Notes: a model not told the origin generated them from the sequence alone. A stretch of 64,000 nucleotides of DNA from an uncultured Hyphomicrobiaceae bacterium (GCA_964461525.1 CAYWUX010000004.1:42488-106487), one strand, 5' to 3'; shown: positions 49,393 through 58,601, numbered from the stretch's first letter. Translations and numbers: made by a program.

Positions 49393-51144
49393 ATGAATCG
49401 GCTGCAATCAGATATATTGATAATAGGAGCTGGAGGAGCCGGACTCTTTGCGGCTTTGCATGCCTATGACGCCAATCCTGATCTCAATATCACCATCGCC
49501 GTAAAGGGATTGCTCGGCAAAAGTGGCTGTACCCGCATGGTCCAGGGCGGGTACAACGTTGCCATGGCCAAAGAGGATTCGATTGAGCGGCATTTTATGG
49601 ACACCATTGTGGGCGGCAAATGGCTGCCCAATCAGGATCTCGCCTGGAAACTTGTCAATGGAGCGATTGACCGGATCATAGAACTGGAAAACCGTTATGG
49701 TTGCTACTTTGACAGAAATCCCGATGGCACGCTTCATCAGAAAGCTTTTGCCGGTCAGAGTTTTGACCGAACCGTTCATAAGGGCGACCTCACTGGAATT
49801 GAAATCGTCAATCGGCTCGCCGAACAGGTATGGAGCCGCCGCATAAATCGTCTCGAAGAGTATAGGGCTATAGCGTTTATTCCAACCAGGGATAAGCAAT
49901 CGATTGCCGGTGTTTTAAATATTAACATGCGAAATGGAGAGTACTGCTTCGTCCAGGCAAAATGCGTTCTGATCGCGGCCGGCGGCGGGCCTACCATGTA
50001 CCGGTATCACACTCCGTCAGGCGACAAGTCATGCGATGGAATGGCGATGGCTTTACGGGCTGGGCTTACCCTCCGGGATATGGAGATGGTCCAGTTCCAC
50101 CCCACGGGATTACTGGCGGGCGACAATACGCGTATGACCGGGACGATTCTGGAGGAGGGGCTGAGGGGTTCCGGCGGGTACCTCCTCAACGGGAATGGTG
50201 AACGCTTTATGCACAATTACGATCCCGCTGGTGAACGCGCCACACGGGATATTGTATCCCGTTCCATGTATGAAGAAGTGCGTTCCGGCCGCGGAACCAG
50301 AAATGGCGGCCTGTATATAAGAATGGCGCATCTCGGCCCCGAAAATGTTGCAAAGCAGTTCAAAGGCATGGTCAAACGCTGTGCCGATTGCGGATTTGAT
50401 CTCGCGGCGGGAAATGTCGAGGTTTTGCCCACCGCACATTATATGATGGGTGGCATAGAATTTAACGGTGACTGCTCAACTGAGCTCGAAGGTCTTTTTG
50501 CGGCCGGAGAGGATACCGGCGGCGTTCACGGAGCCAATCGGCTGGGCGGAAACGGAGTTGGCAATTCAACCGTATTCGGCGCAGTTGCCGGTGATAGTAT
50601 GGCAGACGCATTAACAAAACCAACGGCGTTCCGCGAACCGGATGAAAGCGAAATCAACCGGCATGTAGACCGTTGCGAGAAACCGTTTAAACTGGCTGCT
50701 GGAGACCTTAACGGATTGCGTGAAGATTTGATGGATGTCATGTGGGAACAGGTTGGCATCATTCGTTCGGAAAAACAGCTTCAGAGTGCGATTGACAAAC
50801 TCGATGACCTTGAGAATCGACTTGGCAGTACAGGACTGCCGATTCAACAGCGCTCCTTCAATCTGACGTGGCACGACTGGCTCAATCTTGAAAATCAGAT
50901 TATGGTTTCAAAGGCAATTGCACACTCCGCCTTGATGCGAAAGGACTCCAGGGGCGCACACTATCGAAGTGATTATCCCGATACCCTGGATCTGGAAAAC
51001 AGTTCCTACACTACTGTTCGTCTTGGGACTGACGAAAGTCCGAATATCGGGAACAAGCCAGTTGTCTTTACAATTGTTAAACCCGGTCAGTCACTGATTG
51101 AAGGTGAGGCCGGTGCACCAGTCGTCAATACGGCTGAAAATTGA
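49393..51144 (+). CDS. SDH/FRD-type flavoprotein subunit (divergent paralog; lacks the FAD-linking His)
   Basis: Motifs present: the dinucleotide fold DILIIGAGGAG, QFHPTG, EGLRGSGGYLLN, AHYMMGGI and GANRLGGN. The position equivalent to SHT(V)xAQGG reads GCTRMVQGG. Confidence 0.85.
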   Translation: MNRLQSDILIIGAGGAGLFAALHAYDANPDLNITIAVKGLLGKSGCTRMVQGGYNVAMAKEDSIERHFMDTIVGGKWLPNQDLAWKLVNGAIDRIIELENRYGCYFDRNPDGTLHQKAFAGQSFDRTVHKGDLTGIEIVNRLAEQVWSRRINRLEEYRAIAFIPTRDKQSIAGVLNINMRNGEYCFVQAKCVLIAAGGGPTMYRYHTPSGDKSCDGMAMALRAGLTLRDMEMVQFHPTGLLAGDNTRMTGTILEEGLRGSGGYLLNGNGERFMHNYDPAGERATRDIVSRSMYEEVRSGRGTRNGGLYIRMAHLGPENVAKQFKGMVKRCADCGFDLAAGNVEVLPTAHYMMGGIEFNGDCSTELEGLFAAGEDTGGVHGANRLGGNGVGNSTVFGAVAGDSMADALTKPTAFREPDESEINRHVDRCEKPFKLAAGDLNGLREDLMDVMWEQVGIIRSEKQLQSAIDKLDDLENRLGSTGLPIQQRSFNLTWHDWLNLENQIMVSKAIAHSALMRKDSRGAHYRSDYPDTLDLENSSYTTVRLGTDESPNIGNKPVVFTIVKPGQSLIEGEAGAPVVNTAEN

Positions 51145-51210
51145 GCGGTATGCATAAATACACGTTCTGTTGGATTACTATCTGAAAAAGTTCGATTGTG
51201 ATCGAAAGCG

Positions 51211-52191
51211 ATGAGGAAAGCCATGAAAATTTCGGCCGATAAACTCGAAGAAGCAGCATATCAAATCATGTTTAAAGCTTCAATTGACATTCCGGAGGAC
51301 TATGAAAATGGAATCCGGAAAATGATCGATAAGGAAAAGGGAGACCTTTCCGCATTCGTGCTGGAAGCCATGCTTGAAAACTGGCAAGCGGCCCGAGAGG
51401 ATCGCCGTCCCATGTGTGCGGATACGGGCGTGCCCCGGTTTTATGTCAAATGCGGCAATGAAGCCATGCCCGAAGGTGGATTTGTCGAGCTCGAACACCG
51501 GATTCGCCGGGCGACAGCACGGTCCACGCACGACATACCACTGCGTCCAAATCGGGTGCATCCGATTTCGAGACACGACAACAATAACAATGTTGGTCTG
51601 AATGCTCCGGAAATTGAATATAGCTTTGAACCTGACGTCGACTGGATAGAACTGACCACAGTTCACAAGGGCGGGCTTTTTGGCACCGACTACCGCATGC
51701 TTTTTCCCGGTGATGGCGTAGATGGAATAAAACGGTTCTTTCTGGATGTTCTGCTGGCATTTGGCAAACGGGGACTGGCCTGTCAGCCGGCCATAGTCGG
51801 TGTTGGTCTGGGCGGCTCCAAGGACACCTGCATGGTCCTTGGAAAACAGGCCGCATGTCTGAGACCCGTGGGCGAACCGCATCCTGATCCGGAAATAGCC
51901 CGATTGGAAGTGGAACTCCGCGAACTCGGCAACCAAACCGGGCTTGGTGCCATGGGGTTTTCAGGAACTTCGACTGTCGTCGACTGCCAGATCGAAGTTG
52001 GTTATACGCACACTGGCGGTTGTCCCATGTCGGTTCACTGTTTCTGCCTTTCATCGCGTCGTGCCACAGCGCGTATCCACCGGGATGGCAAAATTGAATA
52101 TCGCACTGATCCCAAATGGTTCACCCCCTATATGAGAAGGAATTCCGTGTCATGGGAATCTACAGAGATAAACTCAAGAATGTCCGGATAA
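51211..52191 (+). CDS. Fe-S type hydro-lyase alpha subunit (tartrate/fumarate subfamily)
   Basis: PMCADTGVP, ACQPAIVGVGLGG and a third Cys region (GGCPMSVHC), typical of class I fumarase / TtdA N-terminal domains. Confidence 0.8.
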   Translation: MRKAMKISADKLEEAAYQIMFKASIDIPEDYENGIRKMIDKEKGDLSAFVLEAMLENWQAAREDRRPMCADTGVPRFYVKCGNEAMPEGGFVELEHRIRRATARSTHDIPLRPNRVHPISRHDNNNNVGLNAPEIEYSFEPDVDWIELTTVHKGGLFGTDYRMLFPGDGVDGIKRFFLDVLLAFGKRGLACQPAIVGVGLGGSKDTCMVLGKQAACLRPVGEPHPDPEIARLEVELRELGNQTGLGAMGFSGTSTVVDCQIEVGYTHTGGCPMSVHCFCLSSRRATARIHRDGKIEYRTDPKWFTPYMRRNSVSWESTEINSRMSG

Positions 52192-52832
52192 AAACACCGG
52201 TTTCAGATGAAGATTTAAAGGAACTCGAAATCGGTACCGTCGTCTTTCTGGACGGTATGATTTATACTGGTCGTGAAGGTGTCTACAAACGGTTTGTCGA
52301 GCAGGGCGAAAGACCTCCGATAGACTTCACAAAATATTCGAATGTCAATTTTCATTGCTCACCAGCCGCGGCCAAACAGCCCGATGGCAGCTTTAAAGTC
52401 GGTGCAGTTACGGCAACGGCAAGTTTTCGATTCGCAAAAGTGCTGCCCCAGTGGTTGCGCGATACCGGATGCCGGATGCTGATTGGCAAAGGTGGAATGA
52501 AAACCGAACATTACCGCGACATTCTGGTGCCGGCCGGAGTGGTCTATCTGACCACAGTTGGATATGGAACCGGAGCGTTACTTGGCCGGGGGATCAAAAA
52601 GGTGAAGGCCGTCAACTGGCTGGAAGAGCTTGGCGTTGCCCAGGCTATGTGGATTTTCGAAGTCGAGAATTTTGGACCTCTACTTGTTGAATGTGACCTT
52701 AAGGGAAATAGCCTGTTCGAGAAAAACAATGAAGAAACGAACAAGCGCGTCGAAAAACTATATGAGGGATTGCGGCCCCCTGCGCTCAGCCGATATGGTG
52801 AGACGGACAATAAAAAAGACGAACTAATTTAG
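52152..52832 (+). CDS. Fe-S type hydro-lyase beta subunit (tartrate/fumarate subfamily, divergent)
   Basis: IGKGGM and VVYLTTVGYGTGALL, plus the overall TtdB/FumA C-terminal layout. Start is uncertain; ATG 52152 overlaps the alpha gene by 40 nt. Confidence 0.7.
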   Translation: MGIYRDKLKNVRIKTPVSDEDLKELEIGTVVFLDGMIYTGREGVYKRFVEQGERPPIDFTKYSNVNFHCSPAAAKQPDGSFKVGAVTATASFRFAKVLPQWLRDTGCRMLIGKGGMKTEHYRDILVPAGVVYLTTVGYGTGALLGRGIKKVKAVNWLEELGVAQAMWIFEVENFGPLLVECDLKGNSLFEKNNEETNKRVEKLYEGLRPPALSRYGETDNKKDELI

Positions 52833-52914
52833 TTGATTAATGTAAACGTGGAAAATATACACTCAAGTTCGAAAACTTTTTAATATTATTAATATATCCT
52901 GACACTTTATACCA

Positions 52915-54081
52915 ATGAGAATTACCAACATTCGCGACGCCGTCGGGTCCATCCAATCCGATATTCGAAATGCCTTCATTTCGTTCAGGGACATGACCAT
53001 CTCGGTAGTTGCTGTTGAAACCGATGTCATCCGTGACGGACAACCGGTCATCGGTTATGGTTTCACATCCAACGGCCGCTATGCCCAATCCTCCATTTTG
53101 CGCGAGCGGTTTATTCCGCGCCTTTCGGCGGCAGATCCAAATTCCCTGATTGACAATGTAAATAAAAACTTTGATCCCGATGCTATCTGGAAGTGTTTTA
53201 TGGCCAATGAAAAACCAGGGGGTCATGGCGATCGTGCTCATGCCGCGGGTGCGCTTGATATGGCGATTTGGGATGTTATTTCCAAAGTTAGTGAAAAACC
53301 ACTTTGGAAACTTCTTTCCGAACGTTTCAATGAGAACAATTACGATGAAAGAATTCTAGTTTATCCAGGTGGCGGATACTATTACCCGGGTAAAGAAATC
53401 GAGGGTTTACGGGCTGAAATGGCCGGCTACCGGGATGCCGGCTATAAGGTGGTCAAAATGAAAATTGGCGGTGCTGATTTAACCACCGATTTGAAACGTA
53501 TTGAAGCCGTTATCGATATCGCGGGAGAAGGTGCGAATGTCGCGGTTGATGCCAACGGCCGTTTCAATCTTGAGCAGGCTCTGGCATACGGCAAAGCGAT
53601 GTCAGACTATGAACTTTTCTGGTATGAAGAGCCGGGTGATCCGCTGGATTTTCAACTCAACAGCGAACTGGCCATGAAATACCAGCAACCACTGGCCACA
53701 GGTGAAAATTTATTTTCACATCAAGATGGTCTGAACCTTCTGCGATATGGCGGGTTAAGAGCTGAAAAGGACTGGATCCAGATTGATCCGGCTCTCGCTT
53801 ACGGACTGACGGATTATCTCAAATTCATATCGTTCATTGATAAGCTGAACTGGTCGAGACGCCGCCTTATTCCACATGGCGGACATCAGTTTGCTCTTAA
53901 TATTGCCGCGGGTCTTCAGCTCGGAGGATCCGAATCCTATCCAGGCGTTTTTCAGCCCTTTGGCGGTTTTGCAGACAATATTCCAATTATTGAAGGATAT
54001 ACCAGTCTCCATCAGACTCCTGGAATCGGCATTGAACTGAAACTGGAAATGTTCGATAAACTGCGTTCGTATTTATTCTGA
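52915..54081 (+). CDS. Enolase-superfamily enzyme, mandelate racemase subgroup, D-tartrate dehydratase (TarD)-like
   Basis: KxK (VVKMKIGG), metal ligands VDANGRF / FWYEEPGDP / ATGENLF, and a D/H dyad (IQIDP, PHGGHQ). The overall sequence recalls Bradyrhizobium TarD from memory. Confidence 0.7.
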   Translation: MRITNIRDAVGSIQSDIRNAFISFRDMTISVVAVETDVIRDGQPVIGYGFTSNGRYAQSSILRERFIPRLSAADPNSLIDNVNKNFDPDAIWKCFMANEKPGGHGDRAHAAGALDMAIWDVISKVSEKPLWKLLSERFNENNYDERILVYPGGGYYYPGKEIEGLRAEMAGYRDAGYKVVKMKIGGADLTTDLKRIEAVIDIAGEGANVAVDANGRFNLEQALAYGKAMSDYELFWYEEPGDPLDFQLNSELAMKYQQPLATGENLFSHQDGLNLLRYGGLRAEKDWIQIDPALAYGLTDYLKFISFIDKLNWSRRRLIPHGGHQFALNIAAGLQLGGSESYPGVFQPFGGFADNIPIIEGYTSLHQTPGIGIELKLEMFDKLRSYLF

Positions 54082-54147
54082 TCTTTTTATGATTTACCTG
54101 TGACACCGTATTTCCCAATGAATGCCACATGATGTTAGGCTCGATCC

Positions 54148-55080
54148 ATGGCGAAGATTGTTATTTCCGAACAGATGCACAAGGAGGCTGTCGAAAGTCT
54201 TGAGCAGGAATTTGACGTCATTTTTGATGCTTCACTTTGGAAAAGCCCGAACCGACTTGCCGAAAATTTGGGCTCGGCAGATGCGTTGATCGTTCGCAAT
54301 TCAACTCAGGTCGATTCCGAGATATTAAATGCTTCTCCTCAGCTCAGGGTGATAGGCCGGCTAGGTGTCGGACTTGACAATATTGATTTGAATATGTGCT
54401 CTGAACGCGGGATTACGGTCTGTCCGGCGACAGGAGCGAATGCGATATCAGTGGCTGAGTATGTTATTACCACCGCCCTTGTCCTGTTGCGCGGCGCCTA
54501 CTTTGCAACCGACCAGGTAATCGGTGGAACTTGGCCACGATATGAACTGATCGGTAGAGAACTGAACGGCAAAACTCTGGGAATCATTGGTTTCGGATCA
54601 ATCGGTCAACAGGTTGGGATGTTGGCGAAGGCCATGCATTTGGAAGTCATAACGTATGACCCCCTGCCACCTAAGGATGATTCCCTGGCACAGGTTGTAC
54701 GGCGCGTGAATTTCGATCAGGTCATATCCCAAAGTGATATTGTCACCCTCCATGTTCCGCTTACTTCCGAAACTTCAAATCTGATCAATGCCGCCACCAT
54801 TTCGAAAATGCGAAAGGGAGCGATATTCATCAATACGTCGCGAGGTGGAATTGTCGATGAACAGGCACTCATCGATGCCTTGATTTCGGGTCATCTAGCG
54901 GGAGCCGCAATCGATGTATTTAAAGACGAACCATTGGATGGGAATTCGGGCGGGCGGTTTGTTAACGCGCCGAACTTAATACTGACGCCTCATATTTCTG
55001 GAGTAACAGAAGAATCCAACGCCCGAGTGAGCTTTGTGACTGCGGAAAACGTGCGCCGAATACTCATTGACCCACTTTGA
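54148..55080 (+). CDS. D-isomer-specific 2-hydroxyacid dehydrogenase (PGDH-like)
   Basis: NAD fold GIIGFGSIGQ. Catalytic region INTSRGG.VDE and TPHISG. Confidence 0.85.
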   Translation: MAKIVISEQMHKEAVESLEQEFDVIFDASLWKSPNRLAENLGSADALIVRNSTQVDSEILNASPQLRVIGRLGVGLDNIDLNMCSERGITVCPATGANAISVAEYVITTALVLLRGAYFATDQVIGGTWPRYELIGRELNGKTLGIIGFGSIGQQVGMLAKAMHLEVITYDPLPPKDDSLAQVVRRVNFDQVISQSDIVTLHVPLTSETSNLINAATISKMRKGAIFINTSRGGIVDEQALIDALISGHLAGAAIDVFKDEPLDGNSGGRFVNAPNLILTPHISGVTEESNARVSFVTAENVRRILIDPL

Positions 55081-55394
55081 TCACCCATTTCGATATCCTG
55101 TAAATTCATCCTTAATCGCTGTTCCGCCGGATTATTTCAGTTCCAGCAAGAAAGCTCTTCAGTAATGGTGTTAAAAATGCGACAAGCTCAGCATCTTTTG
55201 AAGTGTCAACCCTATCAAGTGGATTTGGCATGCAAATATTTTAATTTACAGAGGAATTTCCTAATCTGCGGCAATTGATGTGCTATTCGGAGTTGCAAAA
55301 TTGTCGAGAGAAGGCCATCTTTCAATACAAAGACAAGCATCAGTAAAGGTTGCCTGATGCTGCAAAACTTCTAACAGATCATTGGAGAAGCATA

Positions 55395-56309
55395 ATGGTT
55401 ATGCCGACCTTGGGTTCGGGCGCAGGTTCGCAGGCGAATTCAGCGGAATTAATTAAGGATACAACAACACGTGATTTCGTCGCAGATGTAGTTGAGGCCT
55501 CAAAAAATTCGACGGTTCTCGTTGACTTCTGGGCACCTTGGTGTGGTCCGTGCAAACAGCTGACACCGATACTCGAAAAAGCAGTCCAGGAGGCCAGGGG
55601 ATCGATTCGCTTGGTCAAAATGAATATCGACGAACACCCTTCAATCGCACAGCAAATGGGTATCCAGTCCATCCCAGCCGTATTTGCTTTCAAAGATGGT
55701 AAACCGATTGATGGATTTATGGGTGCCCTTCCTGAAAGTCAGATAAAAGAGTTCATCCGTCGTGTCGGCGGCGGCGAAAATCAAAGCCTGACAGGCGCAT
55801 TGGAAATCGCCGGCAAGTCTTATCAGGAAGGCGATTTCAATGCCGCGATCGAAGTTTATGGGCAAATTGTTCAACAAGATAATGAGAATGCTGAGGCCCT
55901 GGCGGGCCTGGCCAAGTCTTACATCCAGTTGGGAGACCTTGAGCAGGCCGAGAAAATCCTCCAAATTGTTCCGCAAGATGTAAAAAATACATCCGAGATC
56001 GACGCTGCTCAAGATCTACTGGAAGTTGCACAACAGGGAAGTCAGTCCGGCAATTTGACAGAACTGCAGGAATCCGTACAGAATGATCCTGATAACATCG
56101 AAGCAAAATTCGATCTGTCGATTGCCCTGAATGCCAAAGGCGATCGAGAAGGTGCTCTGGATCTGCTGCTTGAAATCATAAACCGCGACAAACATTGGAA
56201 CGATGAGGCTGCGCGCAAACAACTGGTGAAATTTTTTAACGCCTGGGGCGCAAGTGATCCTTTGACGATACAGGGCCGACGACGTCTTTCATCGTTACTG
56301 TTTTCCTGA
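55395..56309 (+). CDS. Thioredoxin-domain / TPR co-chaperone (YbbN/CnoX-like)
   Basis: VLVDFWAPWCGPCKQL thioredoxin motif plus a C-terminal TPR-like helical region. GGAG lies 7 nt upstream of ATG 55395. Confidence 0.85.
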   Translation: MVMPTLGSGAGSQANSAELIKDTTTRDFVADVVEASKNSTVLVDFWAPWCGPCKQLTPILEKAVQEARGSIRLVKMNIDEHPSIAQQMGIQSIPAVFAFKDGKPIDGFMGALPESQIKEFIRRVGGGENQSLTGALEIAGKSYQEGDFNAAIEVYGQIVQQDNENAEALAGLAKSYIQLGDLEQAEKILQIVPQDVKNTSEIDAAQDLLEVAQQGSQSGNLTELQESVQNDPDNIEAKFDLSIALNAKGDREGALDLLLEIINRDKHWNDEAARKQLVKFFNAWGASDPLTIQGRRRLSSLLFS

Positions 56310-56322
56310 TGGAGAGCCAACA

Positions 56323-57015
56323 TTGACCGGTTTCGGAATTGTAGAACGCTACCGAAAACCAAGTGACCTGCCCGATATGCTACCCGTATTTCCTCTGCAG
56401 GGCGTAATTGTTCTGCCCCGTGCGACTTTGCCGTTAAACGTGTTTGAACCCCGTTATCTGACTATGGTTGATGACGTATTGGGAAATGACCGGATGATCG
56501 GCATTATTCAACCTGATTTGGCAGATGAAACCAACCAGTTGCCAATAAGATCTAAAACTGATCTGAGGTCGGTAGGATGTGCGGGACGATTAACAGCCTT
56601 TCAGGAAACAAATGATGGCAGAATGCTCATAACTCTTTTCGGAGTGTGTCGTTTCGAAATCAGAAGCGAAATGGCGACAGATAATCCCTACCGTTCGTTC
56701 GAGGTTGATTACTCCAAATTCAGTTTCGACCTGGAGTCGGGAAATGGTGAAGACGATATCAATCGGGACCGACTGCTTTCAGTTTTAAAAACTTATCTTG
56801 AAGTCAATGAGCTCAATGCGGACTGGCAAAGTATCAACAGATCTTCCAACGAATTTCTGGTCAATACGTTGTCGATGATTTCCCCGTATGGACCAGCTGA
56901 AAAACAGGCTTTGCTTGAAGCACCCCGCCTTTCCGATCGTTCTGAAGTTCTTATCGCGCTCGCCGAAATGGAACTGGCTTCAAGAGATGACGGATCTGAT
57001 ACCACGCTCCAATAG
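56323..57015 (+). CDS. LON peptidase substrate-binding (LON N-terminal) domain protein
   Basis: LPVFPLQGVIVLPRATLPLNVFEPRYLTMV is the LON-N domain signature. TTG start is uncertain. Confidence 0.8.
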   Translation: MTGFGIVERYRKPSDLPDMLPVFPLQGVIVLPRATLPLNVFEPRYLTMVDDVLGNDRMIGIIQPDLADETNQLPIRSKTDLRSVGCAGRLTAFQETNDGRMLITLFGVCRFEIRSEMATDNPYRSFEVDYSKFSFDLESGNGEDDINRDRLLSVLKTYLEVNELNADWQSINRSSNEFLVNTLSMISPYGPAEKQALLEAPRLSDRSEVLIALAEMELASRDDGSDTTLQ

Positions 57016-57072
57016 TTAACGACCTACGACTTATAAAAACATCTGACGCGAAATTTTGGAAATTTGGATAAA

Positions 57073-57288
57073 ATGCCTGAGAACGAAGACAACGCCCATA
57101 AAAAACCGGAAATTGACCGCAAACTGCTGGAAATTCTCGTCTGCCCGATCACCAAATCAACTCTGGAATATGACCGGGAAGCCCAGGAACTGATCAGTAA
57201 ATCAGCGGGTCTGGCCTATCCCATCAGAGATGGAATTCCAATTATGCTGCCGGACGAAGCCCGCAAGCTCGATCCTGATACAGGATGA
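57073..57288 (+). CDS. Trm112/UPF0434 family protein
   Basis: [12 protein letters not shown]........LIS...[18 protein letters not shown]. Confidence 0.85.
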   Translation: MPENEDNAHKKPEIDRKLLEILVCPITKSTLEYDREAQELISKSAGLAYPIRDGIPIMLPDEARKLDPDTG

Positions 57289-57302
57289 ATTATTAATCGC
57301 AA

Positions 57303-58601
57303 TTATGAATTCGTTTGGTCGGCCGCAAGCCGACTGAGCGGTTTTTCATTGATTGGTATGTGGACCAGACCTGCAAAAACACCGAGACCGACTGCAATCC
57401 ACCAAACCATTTCATATGATCCGCTGGTATCGAATATCCGGCCGCCCAGCCAGGCGCCCATAAACGAACCGGTCTGATGGCTGAGCTGTACGATACCATA
57501 CAATGTAGCCATATATCTCAGGCCAAATATTTGTGCGACAATCCCTGACGTCAGCGGGATCGTGGACAACCACAACAGCCCCATTACGGCTGAAAATACA
57601 AATATGGTCGTATTGGTTTTGGGAGCCAGAATTAATATTGTAATGGCCACGGCACGGCTAAAATATATAAAACTCAAAGCTCTTTTCTTCGGCCAGCGCT
57701 GTCCGGCCATTCCGGACAAGAACGAGCCGATGATGTTGAAGAGGCCAACCAGCGAAAGCGCATAGGCCCCAGTCTCAGCTGAAAGACCGATATCATGAAT
57801 ATAAGCAGGAAAATGTATCGATATAAATGCGACGTGAAAACCGCAAACAAAAAAGCCGCTGATCAGAAGAATATATCCCTTATGGCCTGACGCTTCAGAC
57901 AGCGCCTCGCTCAGAGACTGACGCCTTACATTCGCCTCGGCTCTGCTGTCATCTATCCGGGGAATTGATAGCGCAACCGGGACGATAATAAGAGCCGTCA
58001 CCGCCAGAATATATAGCGCGGCCTGCCAACCATAATTGACGATGAACGCTTGTCCAAGAGGCGTGAACAAGACCTGACCGAAAGATCCGACCGAAGTCCC
58101 GAGTCCGAGGACCATTGACCGCTTTTCCGTACTGACAAATTTTACCATGGTTGAAAGTGAGACGGAAAATGCTGTGAATGAAACGCCTGTGCCGACCAGA
58201 ATACCCGCGAAAATCATCAGGCCGACGGGGCCCTGTGAATGGGGAATTCCCCAGATTCCGGCAGCATATAAAAGCCCGCCTAAACCAAGAGCGCGGCGCG
58301 CTCCGAATCGATCTGTAATCGCGCCCGACAGCGGGGCAAATATGCCTATGACGAGATTCTGCACTGCCAGAGCAAGTGCAAATGTCTCTCTCGACCAATT
58401 GTTAGCGGTTGTTATGGGTTCGAGAAACAACCCAAAAGTTGTGCGCAGACCAAAACTCAGCATGCCGATCAGGCATCCAGCGATTATAACCAGTATGACT
58501 ACATGCGGCGCATAAGTTCGTTCTGTCAGTTGAATTTCAGCCATGATTGTCCGGCAATCCAGCAGTTGCGATGCTAAACTCAATTCCAGATCGAATAACA
58601 A
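57303..58601 (-). CDS. MFS transporter
   Basis: 12-TM layout with the GAITDRFGARR loop motif. The likely true start is the internal ATG at 58544 (MAEIQL...). Confidence 0.8.
   Translation of the reverse strand: MLFDLELSLASQLLDCRTIMAEIQLTERTYAPHVVILVIIAGCLIGMLSFGLRTTFGLFLEPITTANNWSRETFALALAVQNLVIGIFAPLSGAITDRFGARRALGLGGLLYAAGIWGIPHSQGPVGLMIFAGILVGTGVSFTAFSVSLSTMVKFVSTEKRSMVLGLGTSVGSFGQVLFTPLGQAFIVNYGWQAALYILAVTALIIVPVALSIPRIDDSRAEANVRRQSLSEALSEASGHKGYILLISGFFVCGFHVAFISIHFPAYIHDIGLSAETGAYALSLVGLFNIIGSFLSGMAGQRWPKKRALSFIYFSRAVAITILILAPKTNTTIFVFSAVMGLLWLSTIPLTSGIVAQIFGLRYMATLYGIVQLSHQTGSFMGAWLGGRIFDTSGSYEMVWWIAVGLGVFAGLVHIPINEKPLSRLAADQTNS

Noticed and set aside
52116-52191. The 40-76-nt overlap of the hydro-lyase alpha and beta genes, considered as evidence of a frameshifted fusion gene.
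   Set aside because: Two-subunit (TtdAB / archaeal-type) organisation is normal for this family. The overlap depends only on which start is chosen. There is no internal stop or obvious indel signature.
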